From Prochlorococcus marinus str. NATL2A (GTDB lineage: Bacteria > Cyanobacteriota > Cyanobacteriia > PCC-6307 > Cyanobiaceae): a DNA stretch of 32,000 nt. The stretch lies in NCBI RefSeq assembly GCF_000012465.1, contig NC_007335.2:210001-242000 (forward strand), read 5' to 3'. A program made the position numbers and the translations under genes. The notes beneath the pieces are model-generated. The model saw only the letters and a program-made list of their open reading frames with translations, searched no databases and was not told the origin of the DNA. Shown here piece by piece: positions 9,602 to 19,242 of this stretch; position 1 is the stretch's first letter; every line of letters starts with the position of its first letter.

Positions 9602-10060
9602 ATGGTTCCTGAGATATCGAATGACTCTAAGAGAGAAGTTAGGGACATGTCTAAAACTCTTCAAATAGCCAATAAAAGGTCATCGTGGAAGATAGCTAAA
9701 GATCTACCAACTAGCTTTTTATATGCAGCTAAAGGCTTAAAATATGCTTTCTCGACCCAGAGAAATTTTCGGATTCATGTTGGTTTTGCATTGGGTGCAT
9801 TTGGCTTAAGCTTTTTTTTAGGCCTTAATAAGAGTGATTTGGCAATAATGACCCTTACAGCCACTAGTGTATTAGTAGTTGAATTGCTTAATACAGCGAT
9901 TGAATCTGTTGTTGATTTGGCCATTGGGAAACGATTCCATCCTCTCGCGCAAATCGCTAAAGATTGTTCAGCTGGGGCAGTTTTAGTAGCTTCAATCAGT
10001 TCGGTGCTGATTGCTGTTTTATTATTATTTCCTCCATTACTTAAACAGTTAGGAGTTTAA
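9602..10060 (+). CDS. dgkA: Diacylglycerol kinase (prokaryotic DgkA/undecaprenol kinase family)
   Basis: It has three TM segments and the conserved VVELLNTAIE..VD and AKD.SAGAVL motifs. An alternative internal ATG lies at 9647. Confidence 0.85.
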   Translation: MVPEISNDSKREVRDMSKTLQIANKRSSWKIAKDLPTSFLYAAKGLKYAFSTQRNFRIHVGFALGAFGLSFFLGLNKSDLAIMTLTATSVLVVELLNTAIESVVDLAIGKRFHPLAQIAKDCSAGAVLVASISSVLIAVLLLFPPLLKQLGV

Positions 10061-10073
10061 TGGCTTAAAAATT

Positions 10074-10670
10074 ATGTTTTTGGTGATCGACAATTATGAT
10101 AGTTTCACTTATAACCTCGTTCAATATTTGGGCGAATTATCTTCTCAGCATCCTATTGCATCAGAAGTAAGAGTCGAACGTAATGATGCTCTTACGATTA
10201 AAGAGATTAAAGATTTAAACCCTGATGCGATTTTGTTATCTCCTGGCCCAGGAGATCCCAATCAATCTGGAGTTTGTCTGGATATTTTATCTGAGTTATC
10301 AATTGAAATACCCACCCTTGGTGTCTGTCTTGGTCATCAAGCTATTACACAAGCGTTCGGAGGGAAAATAATCAGAGCCAAAGAATTAATGCATGGGAAG
10401 ACCTCTAATGTTTTGCATAGAGGTACTGGAATATTTAAAGACTTGCCTAATCCCTTAGTAGCAACTAGATACCATAGCTTAATTGCCGAGAGAGAGAGTT
10501 TTCCAGAATGCTTAGAGGTTATAGCCTGGTTAGAGGATGAAACAATCATGGGAATATCTCATAAAGATTATCCGCACATATACGGTGTACAGTTTCATCC
10601 TGAGAGTGTATTAACTGAAGCTGGTCATAAGCTACTTTCTAATTTCCTAGACATAGCAACAGCTACCTAG
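10074..10670 (+). CDS. trpG: Glutamine amidotransferase subunit of anthranilate/aminodeoxychorismate synthase
   Basis: Class-I GATase triad context is present: GVCLGHQ, YHSL, and QFHPES. The N-terminus reads IDNYDSFTYNLVQYL. Confidence 0.9.
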   Translation: MFLVIDNYDSFTYNLVQYLGELSSQHPIASEVRVERNDALTIKEIKDLNPDAILLSPGPGDPNQSGVCLDILSELSIEIPTLGVCLGHQAITQAFGGKIIRAKELMHGKTSNVLHRGTGIFKDLPNPLVATRYHSLIAERESFPECLEVIAWLEDETIMGISHKDYPHIYGVQFHPESVLTEAGHKLLSNFLDIATAT

Positions 10671-10709
10671 ATTGTCTTAAGTTTTGTAGATGTTATCAAT
10701 AAATTTGAA

Positions 10710-11825
10710 CTATACTTCATCGACAATCCTGAAGGCTGACCAGAATCTTTTCATTTGGTCAATGGTTCCTATGCTCACTCTGATAGAACCTTTTAAATTT
10801 TTTTTCTTATCCATATTTCTAATTAGAATTCCAGATGATTTTAGCTTTTGCTCAACTAGTTGTGGTTTTGATTTTGGCCAAAGTAGAAAATAGTTTCCTC
10901 CGTCAATATGATGCTTGACGTGGTGCTTCTCGAATTGATCCTTGATCCAATTACGAGCCTCAAGCACTTCCTGCACATACGAGTCAATATATGATTGATC
11001 ATTAAGTGCTGCAAAAGCAGCGATCACGGCAAAGCTGTTGACGTCATAAGGACCAGTAACTCTATTAACTATATTAATTACTTTAGAATGACCAATAGCA
11101 AATCCAATTCTTAAACTTGCTAAACCAGCAGTTTTAGAAAGCGATCTTAATACAACAAGATTAGGTGTTGTTTGGAAATTTAAAAATGGTAGAACACTAT
11201 CACCTGTAAACGCCTCGTAAAGTTCATCCACAACAACGAGTGTTTTAGATGAAAGTTTGCTGATTTCTATAATTCTTTCTGGGCTTAACCTTGTTCCAGT
11301 GGGGTTATTGGGGTTGCAGATAAGTAAAATTTTCGGATTATTTTGCGTGAGGAATTCGCAAATACTATCAAATGGATATTGAAATCCCTCTCCCTCATAA
11401 GGTATTGCTTTGATTTGCATTCCTCGCATTTGTGCGCAAGGAGTATAATATCCAAAAGTAGGCAATGTTGTTAGCATTAGATCATCAAAGTTGCCATATG
11501 CGTGAAAAATAGCATTTATTGCTGCATCTACTCCATTAAAAATACCAACTTCAGATGAGTTGATATTCACATTTGAATTTTTTTTGATGAGACTCTCTAC
11601 TACTTTTTCTTTTAAACCTGAGTATTCAGGATAAGCAGAGATTTCATCTCTGCTTATTTCTCTGAGAGATTTAATTACTAGTGGGCTTGGCCCAATAGTG
11701 TTTTCATTAAAGTCTAGTCTTAGTAAATTTCGTCTTCCTTCCAGTGGTGCTGAATATGGCTGTAAATCCTCGATATCTTTCCTGGGGTTTGGTAGATCAA
11801 TAAATGAACTCTCTATGTTTTCCAT
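10710..11825 (-). CDS. hisC: Histidinol-phosphate aminotransferase-like PLP enzyme (class I/II aminotransferase)
   Basis: The N-terminal Y......G....L.FNEN pattern (LQPYSAPLEGRRNLLRLDFNENTIGPSP), NPNNPTG, and the PLP-lysine context SLSKTAGLASLRIGF are present. Its ATG overlaps the argS stop by 1 nt (TAATG). Confidence 0.75.
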   Translation of the reverse strand: MENIESSFIDLPNPRKDIEDLQPYSAPLEGRRNLLRLDFNENTIGPSPLVIKSLREISRDEISAYPEYSGLKEKVVESLIKKNSNVNINSSEVGIFNGVDAAINAIFHAYGNFDDLMLTTLPTFGYYTPCAQMRGMQIKAIPYEGEGFQYPFDSICEFLTQNNPKILLICNPNNPTGTRLSPERIIEISKLSSKTLVVVDELYEAFTGDSVLPFLNFQTTPNLVVLRSLSKTAGLASLRIGFAIGHSKVINIVNRVTGPYDVNSFAVIAAFAALNDQSYIDSYVQEVLEARNWIKDQFEKHHVKHHIDGGNYFLLWPKSKPQLVEQKLKSSGILIRNMDKKKNLKGSIRVSIGTIDQMKRFWSAFRIVDEV

Positions 11826-13648
11826 TACATTCTCTCCAGAGTGGGGATGCCTAGCAAACTCATCCCCAGTTTAAGTGTATCTGCAGTGATAGAGCATAAA
11901 ATAAGTCTACTAGCTCTTGAAGGTTCACTTGCTTTTAAAATAGGAACTTGATCATAGAATCTGTTAAACGTCTGACTTAATTCAAATAAATACCCGCATA
12001 GACGATTAGGAAGCAGTTCTTTTTCGACTTCAGCGATAATATAATCAAGTTGCAATAGCTTGCGAATTAACTCCCATTCTTGTGATTCATTAAACTGAAT
12101 ATTATGACTTGATACATTTAAATCCCCACCTTTGCGAGATATTCCAGCAATTCGTACTAATGCATAAAGTAAATATGGTGCTGTATTCCCCTGCAAAGAA
12201 AGCATCTTATCAAAACTAAATTGGTAATTAGAAATTCTATTTTGACTTAGATCCGCATACTTGATTGAGGCAATCCCGACAGTAGTAGAAACTTTATCTA
12301 TAAAATTTTCATTTTCGGATCTCCTTTCAGTATTGAGACGATTTTTAAGATCGTTTTTTGCTCGTTGAATTGCTTCATCAAGAAGATCTACTAATCTAAT
12401 TGTTTCTCCAGAACGAGTTTTTAACTTCTTACCATCTTCTCCTTGAACGAGACCAAAGGGAACATGCTCGATTTGACAATCTGTAGGAATCCAATTTGCA
12501 AGCTTTGCAATCTGAAAAACTCCAGAGAAATGTGATGCTTGCCCAGCATCTGTGACATAAATTAAACGGCATGCTCCATCTCCATGCGGAGGAATAGTTA
12601 ATCTGTATTTAATCGCTGCCAAATCAGTGGTTGCATAATTAAAACCTCCGTCACTTTTTTGAATAATTATTGGTTGAGGTTTACCATTTTTTCCTACTAA
12701 GCCATCAAGGAAAATACATTGAGCTCCTTGATCATTTATTAGTAATTTTTTATTTTTTAAATCATTAATAACATCTACTAAGAATTTGTTATAAAAGGAT
12801 TCACCTCTTTCAGTTAGCTTGATATCAAGTCGATCATAGATCTTTTGAAATTCTTTTCTGGATTGATTGCAGAGTAATTGCCACGCAATCAGACTTTCTT
12901 TATCACCTGCTTGTAAATTAACAACCTCACTTCTAGATTTATTTTGAAAGATTTGATCTTCATCAAATCTTTTCTTTGCTTGACGATAGAAATTCACGAG
13001 ATCGCTTATTTCTACTACATCTTTTGTATGGAGAACCTCTGGTACAACCTCTTTTAGATGAGTAATAAGCATGCCAAATTGTGTACCCCAATCCCCTACA
13101 TGATTGAGTCGTAAGACTTCATAACCGCGGAATTCAAGAATCCGTGCGAGAGAGTCTCCAATAATTGTTGATCGTAAGTGCCCAACATGCATTTCTTTAG
13201 CAATATTTGGACTGGAAAAATCAAGAATTACGCGGTTATTACTTTTTCCCTCTTCAATTTTGTCAGTACTGAATTTTTTTAGAGGCACTCCCAGTCTTTT
13301 ATCATTTAAACGAACATGGATTTCAGATATAAGTGTTTTTGAATTTATAGATAGGTTTATGAAACCTGGGCCTGCAATTCGTGGTGGATTACACATTCTA
13401 ACGAAATCATTATCTTTTTGTAGTTGATTCGCTATTTTTTGTGCAATTTCTCGAGGAGGTTGTTTTATTTCTTTAGCCAGTGATAAAGCACAATTTATTT
13501 GAAAATCTCCAAATTCAGGCTTGGATGCGGGGACTAAATTAGAACCTGTAAGTATTGAAGAAGTTTTTGAACTTCGATCCTCTTGTGGGAATACTTTGAT
13601 GAAAGCTCTATTAAGGGCTTCTTCTAATCTGGCAGATATTTCAAGCAT
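11825..13648 (-). CDS. argS: Arginine--tRNA ligase
   Basis: At 607 aa it has the HIGH-type motif (EMHVGHLRS), the class-I ArgS core, and a DALR anticodon-binding C-terminus ending LGIPTLERM. Confidence 0.95.
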   Translation of the reverse strand: MLEISARLEEALNRAFIKVFPQEDRSSKTSSILTGSNLVPASKPEFGDFQINCALSLAKEIKQPPREIAQKIANQLQKDNDFVRMCNPPRIAGPGFINLSINSKTLISEIHVRLNDKRLGVPLKKFSTDKIEEGKSNNRVILDFSSPNIAKEMHVGHLRSTIIGDSLARILEFRGYEVLRLNHVGDWGTQFGMLITHLKEVVPEVLHTKDVVEISDLVNFYRQAKKRFDEDQIFQNKSRSEVVNLQAGDKESLIAWQLLCNQSRKEFQKIYDRLDIKLTERGESFYNKFLVDVINDLKNKKLLINDQGAQCIFLDGLVGKNGKPQPIIIQKSDGGFNYATTDLAAIKYRLTIPPHGDGACRLIYVTDAGQASHFSGVFQIAKLANWIPTDCQIEHVPFGLVQGEDGKKLKTRSGETIRLVDLLDEAIQRAKNDLKNRLNTERRSENENFIDKVSTTVGIASIKYADLSQNRISNYQFSFDKMLSLQGNTAPYLLYALVRIAGISRKGGDLNVSSHNIQFNESQEWELIRKLLQLDYIIAEVEKELLPNRLCGYLFELSQTFNRFYDQVPILKASEPSRASRLILCSITADTLKLGMSLLGIPTLERM

Positions 13649-13715
13649 GATGTTTATGGTTAGGTAGTTACTTTTAAGATTTTTAGAGGTTGTTAGAAAA
13701 CTGTTTATTCATTTT

Positions 13716-14579
13716 TTAGTCAAAGCGCATACTGAAATCTATCCATTTGCTTTTAGTAATTGGCGCACTAGTTGAGATTAGATCAATACCTGTAAAAATA
13801 TAGTCTGATACATTATTGGGATTGATTCCCGAAACTTCAATAACAATATTTTGGGAGACGTATTTGGACTTACTATTTTTTGAAAGTTGACGTAATTCTG
13901 GAACTAATTTCTCTATAGCTTGAATAGACATCTCGTCAAGTAAAACCCCATCAGCACCTGCTTTTACAGCTTCTTTCGCTTGGGAGGGAGTTTCTGCTTC
14001 GACTATTATTTTTTTTGTCCATGGAATAGTATTTTTTAAGATTTTGATACTCTCGCTAATCCCTTGCGACCATTCAATATGATTTTCTTTCAACATAGCA
14101 GCATCATCTAATCCAAGTCTATGATTAATGCCGCCACCACAATGAAAGGCATATTTTTCGAATACTCTTATTCCTGGAGTTGTTTTACGGGTGTCTGCTA
14201 ACTTCACCTTGGATCCTGATAGTTTAGTTACCAATAGAGCTGTCGATGTAGCAATACCAGAAAGATGCATGGCCACATTCAGACTTACTCGCTCTCCTGC
14301 TACTAAGGAAGAGGAAGACCCTTTTAATTCTAGTAGTCTTTGATTCTTTTCAAACTTCTGACCATCCTCTATGAGAAGTTGAATATCAACTTTAGGATCA
14401 ATTTTTCTAAATATAAGTTTGACCAGATCTCCACCACAAAAAGTCCCGTCCTCTTTCGCAACCCAATGCGCTGATGCACTTCTGTCGTTGAGGACAAATC
14501 TTGTGAGATCTCCGTCGCCGAGATCTTCCTCAATCCATGTGTCTAATATTTTATGTAGCTTGGGTGAGCGAAGATCCAC
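13716..14579 (-). CDS. nadC: Nicotinate-nucleotide pyrophosphorylase (quinolinate phosphoribosyltransferase)
   Basis: The NadC patterns ER..LN....SGIAT, DTRKT.PG.R, KYA...GGG.NHR.GL.D and KENH are all present. The start codon at 14579..14577 is GTG. Confidence 0.9.
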   Translation of the reverse strand: MDLRSPKLHKILDTWIEEDLGDGDLTRFVLNDRSASAHWVAKEDGTFCGGDLVKLIFRKIDPKVDIQLLIEDGQKFEKNQRLLELKGSSSSLVAGERVSLNVAMHLSGIATSTALLVTKLSGSKVKLADTRKTTPGIRVFEKYAFHCGGGINHRLGLDDAAMLKENHIEWSQGISESIKILKNTIPWTKKIIVEAETPSQAKEAVKAGADGVLLDEMSIQAIEKLVPELRQLSKNSKSKYVSQNIVIEVSGINPNNVSDYIFTGIDLISTSAPITKSKWIDFSMRFD

Positions 14580-14791
14580 AATACAACTAATACATTTATT
14601 ACTATACCAATCTTAAAACCATTATAAAAAATATCTTCTTCTATTTTCTAATTTCATCTACTTATCTTTATCTTAAAAATTAAAATAGAAATTTTTAATA
14701 TTTTTTTGTTTGTGATATGTGCATTATATGCTTTAATTAAATTACTCTCGTCTGTTTAGATCTAGTGGATGTTGTTCATAGTGTGAATATT

Positions 14792-14860
14792 ATGGTGGCG
14801 ATGTTAATTGGAGGGGTTTGTTATTACTTATATTATATTTTTACAATCGACAATAACTAG
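14792..14860 (+). CDS. Candidate 22-codon hydrophobic small ORF (MVAMLIGGVCYYLYYIFTIDNN); speculative
   Basis: Hand translation of the long nadC-mnmE spacer. The frame is open from 14741, with possible upstream GTG starts at 14765 and 14783. There is no clear SD sequence, and the length is within chance expectation for this region. Confidence 0.15.
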   Translation: MVAMLIGGVCYYLYYIFTIDNN

Positions 14861-14878
14861 TAGATAAAAATTGCTTGA

Positions 14879-16273
14879 TTACTTACCAATACAGAATTTT
14901 GAAAATATATTATCAAGTAAACTTTCTGTTAAATCCTCTCCTGTTAGTTCTCCTAAATAATTAATAGCTTGTCTTAAATCTATTGTCCAGAAATCCCATG
15001 GTAGCTTTTCGTCAAAGACTTTATTAATGTTTTCTAGGGATTTCATCGTTGATTTTGCTAGATCAAGTTGTCTTTCATTTAGAGCAATATCCAATCCATG
15101 CGTTTGAGAAGAACCACATTTTTTTAGTAGGTAATTAATCAGATCGTCTTCTCCATTTCCGGTTTTTGCACTTATAATAACTAGATTTTCTTTTTTTAAT
15201 ATATATTTTGGAACTTTTTCAAAAGATTGATCATTCGTTAAATCAGATTTGTTACCAACAATCAAGAGTGGAATATTTATAGGTAATTGTTTTAGTATTG
15301 ATTCATCCTCGTTAGTCCATCCACTTGAATAATCAAAGATTAATATAATGAGATCAGCATGAATTAAAGTTTTTTTAGTTCTAGAAATACCAATTTTTTC
15401 GATGATGTCTTTGGTGTCTCTTAGACCTGCTGTATCAATAAAAGTTACTGGTATTCCTTCTAAGATAATCTCACTTTCCAAAATATCTCTGGTAGTGCCA
15501 GGTAGGTCAGTCACAATGGCTTTTTCTTGTTTGGAAAGCCTATTCATTAAGGAGCTTTTCCCTACATTAGGCTTCCCAGTTAGTGCAACTTTTAATCCAG
15601 AACGAACCCAAGATCCTCTTTTAGCATTATCAATTAGTTCGTTAAGATCTTTTTTGATTGCGACAATTTCATTCTTTACATGTTTTTCATCTAAAAGTGG
15701 TAGATCTTCTTCAAAATCTATTCTTGCTTCAATTTCCGTTAGTTGCTCTATTAATCGTTTTCTAATTGATTGAATCGTAGTTTGAATATTTCCTTCAATT
15801 CCATTAATTGCGAGTTCTGCTGCTTTTCGACTCCTTGCTGACACCAGCTCACTAATTGATTCTGCTTGAGTCAGGCTAAGACGACCATTAAGCACTGCTC
15901 GTTGACTAAACTCACCTGGTTCCGCTCTTCGCACGCTGGGGAAAGCTAGTATTCTTTCAAGGATCTTCTGGACTGGAATGATTCCACCATGGCAATGAAT
16001 TTCTACTACATCTTCACCTGTAAAGCTTCTCGGCCCTTTCATTACGAGAATTAAAACTTCATCAATATATTTTTTTCGATTTTCTTCAGTTACATGACCG
16101 TAAAGCACTTTGTGAGTGCTCCAATCCTGAATTCCCGGAACATCAACAATATTCTTACTGGTCTCAATTGCAGAGGAGCCAGATATCCTAATGGCAGCAA
16201 TACTTCCTTGGCCGGGAGAAACGGCAGTTGCAATTGCAGCAATAGTATCTTCAGTAGGGGAAAACGAATTCAT
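14879..16273 (-). CDS. mnmE: tRNA modification GTPase MnmE (TrmE)
   Basis: The N-terminal DTIAAIAT..G.G.I..IR.SG, the G1 motif GKPNVGKSSL, DTAG, NKSD, and the invariant C-terminal CIGK are all present. Confidence 0.95.
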   Translation of the reverse strand: MNSFSPTEDTIAAIATAVSPGQGSIAAIRISGSSAIETSKNIVDVPGIQDWSTHKVLYGHVTEENRKKYIDEVLILVMKGPRSFTGEDVVEIHCHGGIIPVQKILERILAFPSVRRAEPGEFSQRAVLNGRLSLTQAESISELVSARSRKAAELAINGIEGNIQTTIQSIRKRLIEQLTEIEARIDFEEDLPLLDEKHVKNEIVAIKKDLNELIDNAKRGSWVRSGLKVALTGKPNVGKSSLMNRLSKQEKAIVTDLPGTTRDILESEIILEGIPVTFIDTAGLRDTKDIIEKIGISRTKKTLIHADLIILIFDYSSGWTNEDESILKQLPINIPLLIVGNKSDLTNDQSFEKVPKYILKKENLVIISAKTGNGEDDLINYLLKKCGSSQTHGLDIALNERQLDLAKSTMKSLENINKVFDEKLPWDFWTIDLRQAINYLGELTGEDLTESLLDNIFSKFCIGK

Positions 16274-16343
16274 TAATCAATAATCACGCAATCTTCACTA
16301 AGATCAAATTTAGTTTTCTTTTTGGACCAAGATTTTTTAAAAT

Positions 16344-16799
16344 ATGAAAAAAATCTTTCTAAATCTAATACAAAGAATTCGTAAATTTATCTCTTGGCTC
16401 TGGAATCAGGAAGGTTCTCCCTCTCAGAGAGCATTAGGGTTGGGCGTAGGGATATTTAGTGGTTGTTTCCCATTCTTTGGTTTGCAAACCTTGATGGGTG
16501 TGTTTTTAGCAAAAATCTTCAAGGGAAATAGTATTTTGGCCGCTGTTGGGACCTGGATTAGCAACCCATTTACTTATGTTCCTCTTTATTATTTTAATTA
16601 TAGACTAGGCTCTTTAATACTCAATAAAAATAAAAATATAGTAGATATTGGCCATATAACTACTAATGAGTTGTGGTCTCAAGGTTGGGACTTGAGTTCT
16701 CGGCTGATAATGGGCTCGATATGTATGGGTCTTTTTGCTGGAATAGTTGGAGGACTTGGTCTATATTTCTTGCTCAAAAAAACTTATCATAAAATGTAA
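16344..16799 (+). CDS. DUF2062-like integral membrane protein
   Basis: The 151-aa protein has P..ALG.G.G.F.G..P..G....... then NP.T..P.Y, as in DUF2062 proteins. It has several TM helices. Confidence 0.6.
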   Translation: MKKIFLNLIQRIRKFISWLWNQEGSPSQRALGLGVGIFSGCFPFFGLQTLMGVFLAKIFKGNSILAAVGTWISNPFTYVPLYYFNYRLGSLILNKNKNIVDIGHITTNELWSQGWDLSSRLIMGSICMGLFAGIVGGLGLYFLLKKTYHKM

Positions 16800-16859
16800 A
16801 TTTTTATATATTAGATATCACTTTTTAAAAATCTTGGATTATTTAAAAAGTTAATTAAA

Positions 16860-19187
16860 TCATGTTCTAGCAATATCTAAAACATCAACCATTGAACGAA
16901 TTTGGTTAATAGTGATTTCTAATTGATTAACACTTTCCAGCTCAACTTTCAGATCTATGCATTCAGGCTTTCCGTGTGAAGTCTGAACTCTGGCGTCGAT
17001 TACATTAATACCTCTATCAGAAAGTCTCATTAATATGTCTTTAAGTACACCTACTCGGTCAATAACTTCAATCCTTAATTGAATAGGAAACTTTTCTTCT
17101 TTGATACGTGCATTTGTATTCCACTGGACTGATAGTCTTCTGCTATTAGGTATTGATTCTATATTGACACAATTAGTACGATGTATGGTGATACCATGAT
17201 TGCCAAGCGCAACTGTTCCAAGTATTGCTTCTCCTGGTAAAGGACTGCAACACCCCCCTATTCGATAGTCAAGTCCCTCTAGTCCAACTATGGGTGAATA
17301 TTTTGTTTGAGAAACTTTAGATTTGTTTGAAGCTAAATTTGCTTGTGTTCCAATTTGGGTTGCTAGCTCGAGATCACTTAATTCGGTCTCAGGTACTTGA
17401 TTTAGTATTTTTATTTCTTCTCTGAATCTATTAATTACTTGATGTAAGGTTAAGGCCCCAAACCCAAGCGCAGCTAATAAATCTTCCGTAGACTTTAGAT
17501 TACATCTCTCCGCAACTTTTGTTATCGCATGGCCTTTGAGTAAATTGTCAATTCCTTTACGACCAAATTCTTGTTCTAATAATTCCTTCCCTCTTGATAT
17601 TGTTTCTTGACGATGACTTTTTTTATACCATTGCCTAATGCGATTCCTGGCTGTGGGTGTAGCAACATAATTTAACCAATCTAAGCTTGGATGAGAACTC
17701 TTATGAGTGAGAATTTCTACAAAATCTCCATTTTCAAGAGGTGTTGACAGCACACATAGACGATCATTAATTCTAGCCCCATTGCAATGATTTCCTACTT
17801 CAGAGTGAATGCGATAAGCGAAATCGATTGCTGTTGAACCGTTCCTTAATCCCAAGACATCTCCTTTTGGAGTGAAAACGAATACTTCCTCGTCAAATAA
17901 ATCTTCTTTGATTGATGCTAGGTAGTCATTATGATCGTTAACACCATCTTCTTGTTGCCATTCAACTAATTGACGCAACCAATTAAATTTTTCTGAATCA
18001 GGATTAGCTGGAGATCCTCCTTCCTTATATTTCCAGTGAGCTGCAATTCCAAACTCTGAAACTCTATGCATTTCTGGAGTTCTAATTTGTACTTCAATAG
18101 GTCTGTGCCTGCCAATTACAGCTGTATGCAGGGACTGATAGCCATTTGGTTTAGGAAGGCCTATGTAATCCTTGAAGCGTCCGGGTATTGGTCTGAATGT
18201 ATCATGTACAACAGCAAGAGCTCGATAACATGTCTCGACATCTGAGACAATAATTCTTAGAGCAGCGACATCAAAAATTTCATGAAACTCTTTTTTTTGT
18301 CTTTGCATTTTGCTCCAAATGCCATATAAATGCTTTGGTCTACCACTTACTTCACATTGATGAAGTCCTGCGGAGTTCAAGCGATCTTTCAGTAATTGAA
18401 CAGTTGTATTCAATCTCTCCTCCCTTTCACTACGCTTACTAGCTATCTGTTGTTGAATCTCGCGGAAGGGATCGGGTTCTAAAAGTTTAAATGCTAAGTC
18501 TTCTAATTCCCATTTTAAGCGTCCTATTCCTAGGCGGTTAGCGAGTGGAGCATAAATTTCTCTTGTTTCTCTAGCTATTCGAGTTTGCTTTTCTTCTCCT
18601 AAGTAACTAATAGTGCGCATATTGTGAAGTCTGTCTGCAAGCTTAACTAGTACAACTCGAATATCGCTAGACATAGCTAGAAACATTTTACGCAGGTTTT
18701 CTGCTTGAGCTTCTGTCCGATTGTTAAAATGGATTCCGCCTAATTTAGTAACACCTTCAACTAAATATCTAACTTCACTACCAAAATAACCCTCGAGTTG
18801 TTCCGGTGTGATGTCTGTATCTTCGACGACGTCATGTAAAAAACCTGCTGCTATTACACTAGCACTTGCACCAATTTCTCTTAATAAGTCAGCTACAGCA
18901 ACTGGATGGGTTATGTAGGGCTCACCACTTTTTCTGAATTGGCCTTTATGTAATTGATATGCAAGATCAAAAGCAGCAACTAAAAGTGCTTCAGAATCTC
19001 TTGGGCAACTTGCGCCTATTCCCGGTGGGATATTTTCAATGCAATTTTTTAACCATTCTGGCAAAATAATTTCATAATCATCAATATGTTTAATCTGATG
19101 AGTTCTAAGTCGTGGCTGGCCATCAAAAAATTGATCACAGACCGTATTTGTCTGGTTTGAATTTTGTGAAGAGGTGACTTTTGGCAT
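16860..19187 (-). CDS. spoT: Bifunctional (p)ppGpp synthetase/hydrolase (RelA/SpoT homologue)
   Basis: It has an HD hydrolase domain (HP..VA, HDVVEDT), a synthetase domain (RPKHLYGIWSKM, D..A.RII), a TGS domain, and a C-terminal ACT domain. The track start at 19193 is GTG; the ATG at 19187 is preferred. Confidence 0.95.
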   Translation of the reverse strand: MPKVTSSQNSNQTNTVCDQFFDGQPRLRTHQIKHIDDYEIILPEWLKNCIENIPPGIGASCPRDSEALLVAAFDLAYQLHKGQFRKSGEPYITHPVAVADLLREIGASASVIAAGFLHDVVEDTDITPEQLEGYFGSEVRYLVEGVTKLGGIHFNNRTEAQAENLRKMFLAMSSDIRVVLVKLADRLHNMRTISYLGEEKQTRIARETREIYAPLANRLGIGRLKWELEDLAFKLLEPDPFREIQQQIASKRSEREERLNTTVQLLKDRLNSAGLHQCEVSGRPKHLYGIWSKMQRQKKEFHEIFDVAALRIIVSDVETCYRALAVVHDTFRPIPGRFKDYIGLPKPNGYQSLHTAVIGRHRPIEVQIRTPEMHRVSEFGIAAHWKYKEGGSPANPDSEKFNWLRQLVEWQQEDGVNDHNDYLASIKEDLFDEEVFVFTPKGDVLGLRNGSTAIDFAYRIHSEVGNHCNGARINDRLCVLSTPLENGDFVEILTHKSSHPSLDWLNYVATPTARNRIRQWYKKSHRQETISRGKELLEQEFGRKGIDNLLKGHAITKVAERCNLKSTEDLLAALGFGALTLHQVINRFREEIKILNQVPETELSDLELATQIGTQANLASNKSKVSQTKYSPIVGLEGLDYRIGGCCSPLPGEAILGTVALGNHGITIHRTNCVNIESIPNSRRLSVQWNTNARIKEEKFPIQLRIEVIDRVGVLKDILMRLSDRGINVIDARVQTSHGKPECIDLKVELESVNQLEITINQIRSMVDVLDIART

Positions 19188-19242
19188 AAGCACCGAACCT
19201 TAATTTATTTTATTCAAACTCAACATTTCTTGCTACCTTTTT

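Noticed and set aside
16820-16851. Inverted repeat ACTTTTTAAA / TTTAAAAAGT between the convergent DUF2062 gene and spoT, as a bidirectional terminator
   Set aside because: The stem is almost entirely A-T with a 12-nt loop and no flanking T-run on either strand. It is too weak to call from sequence alone.
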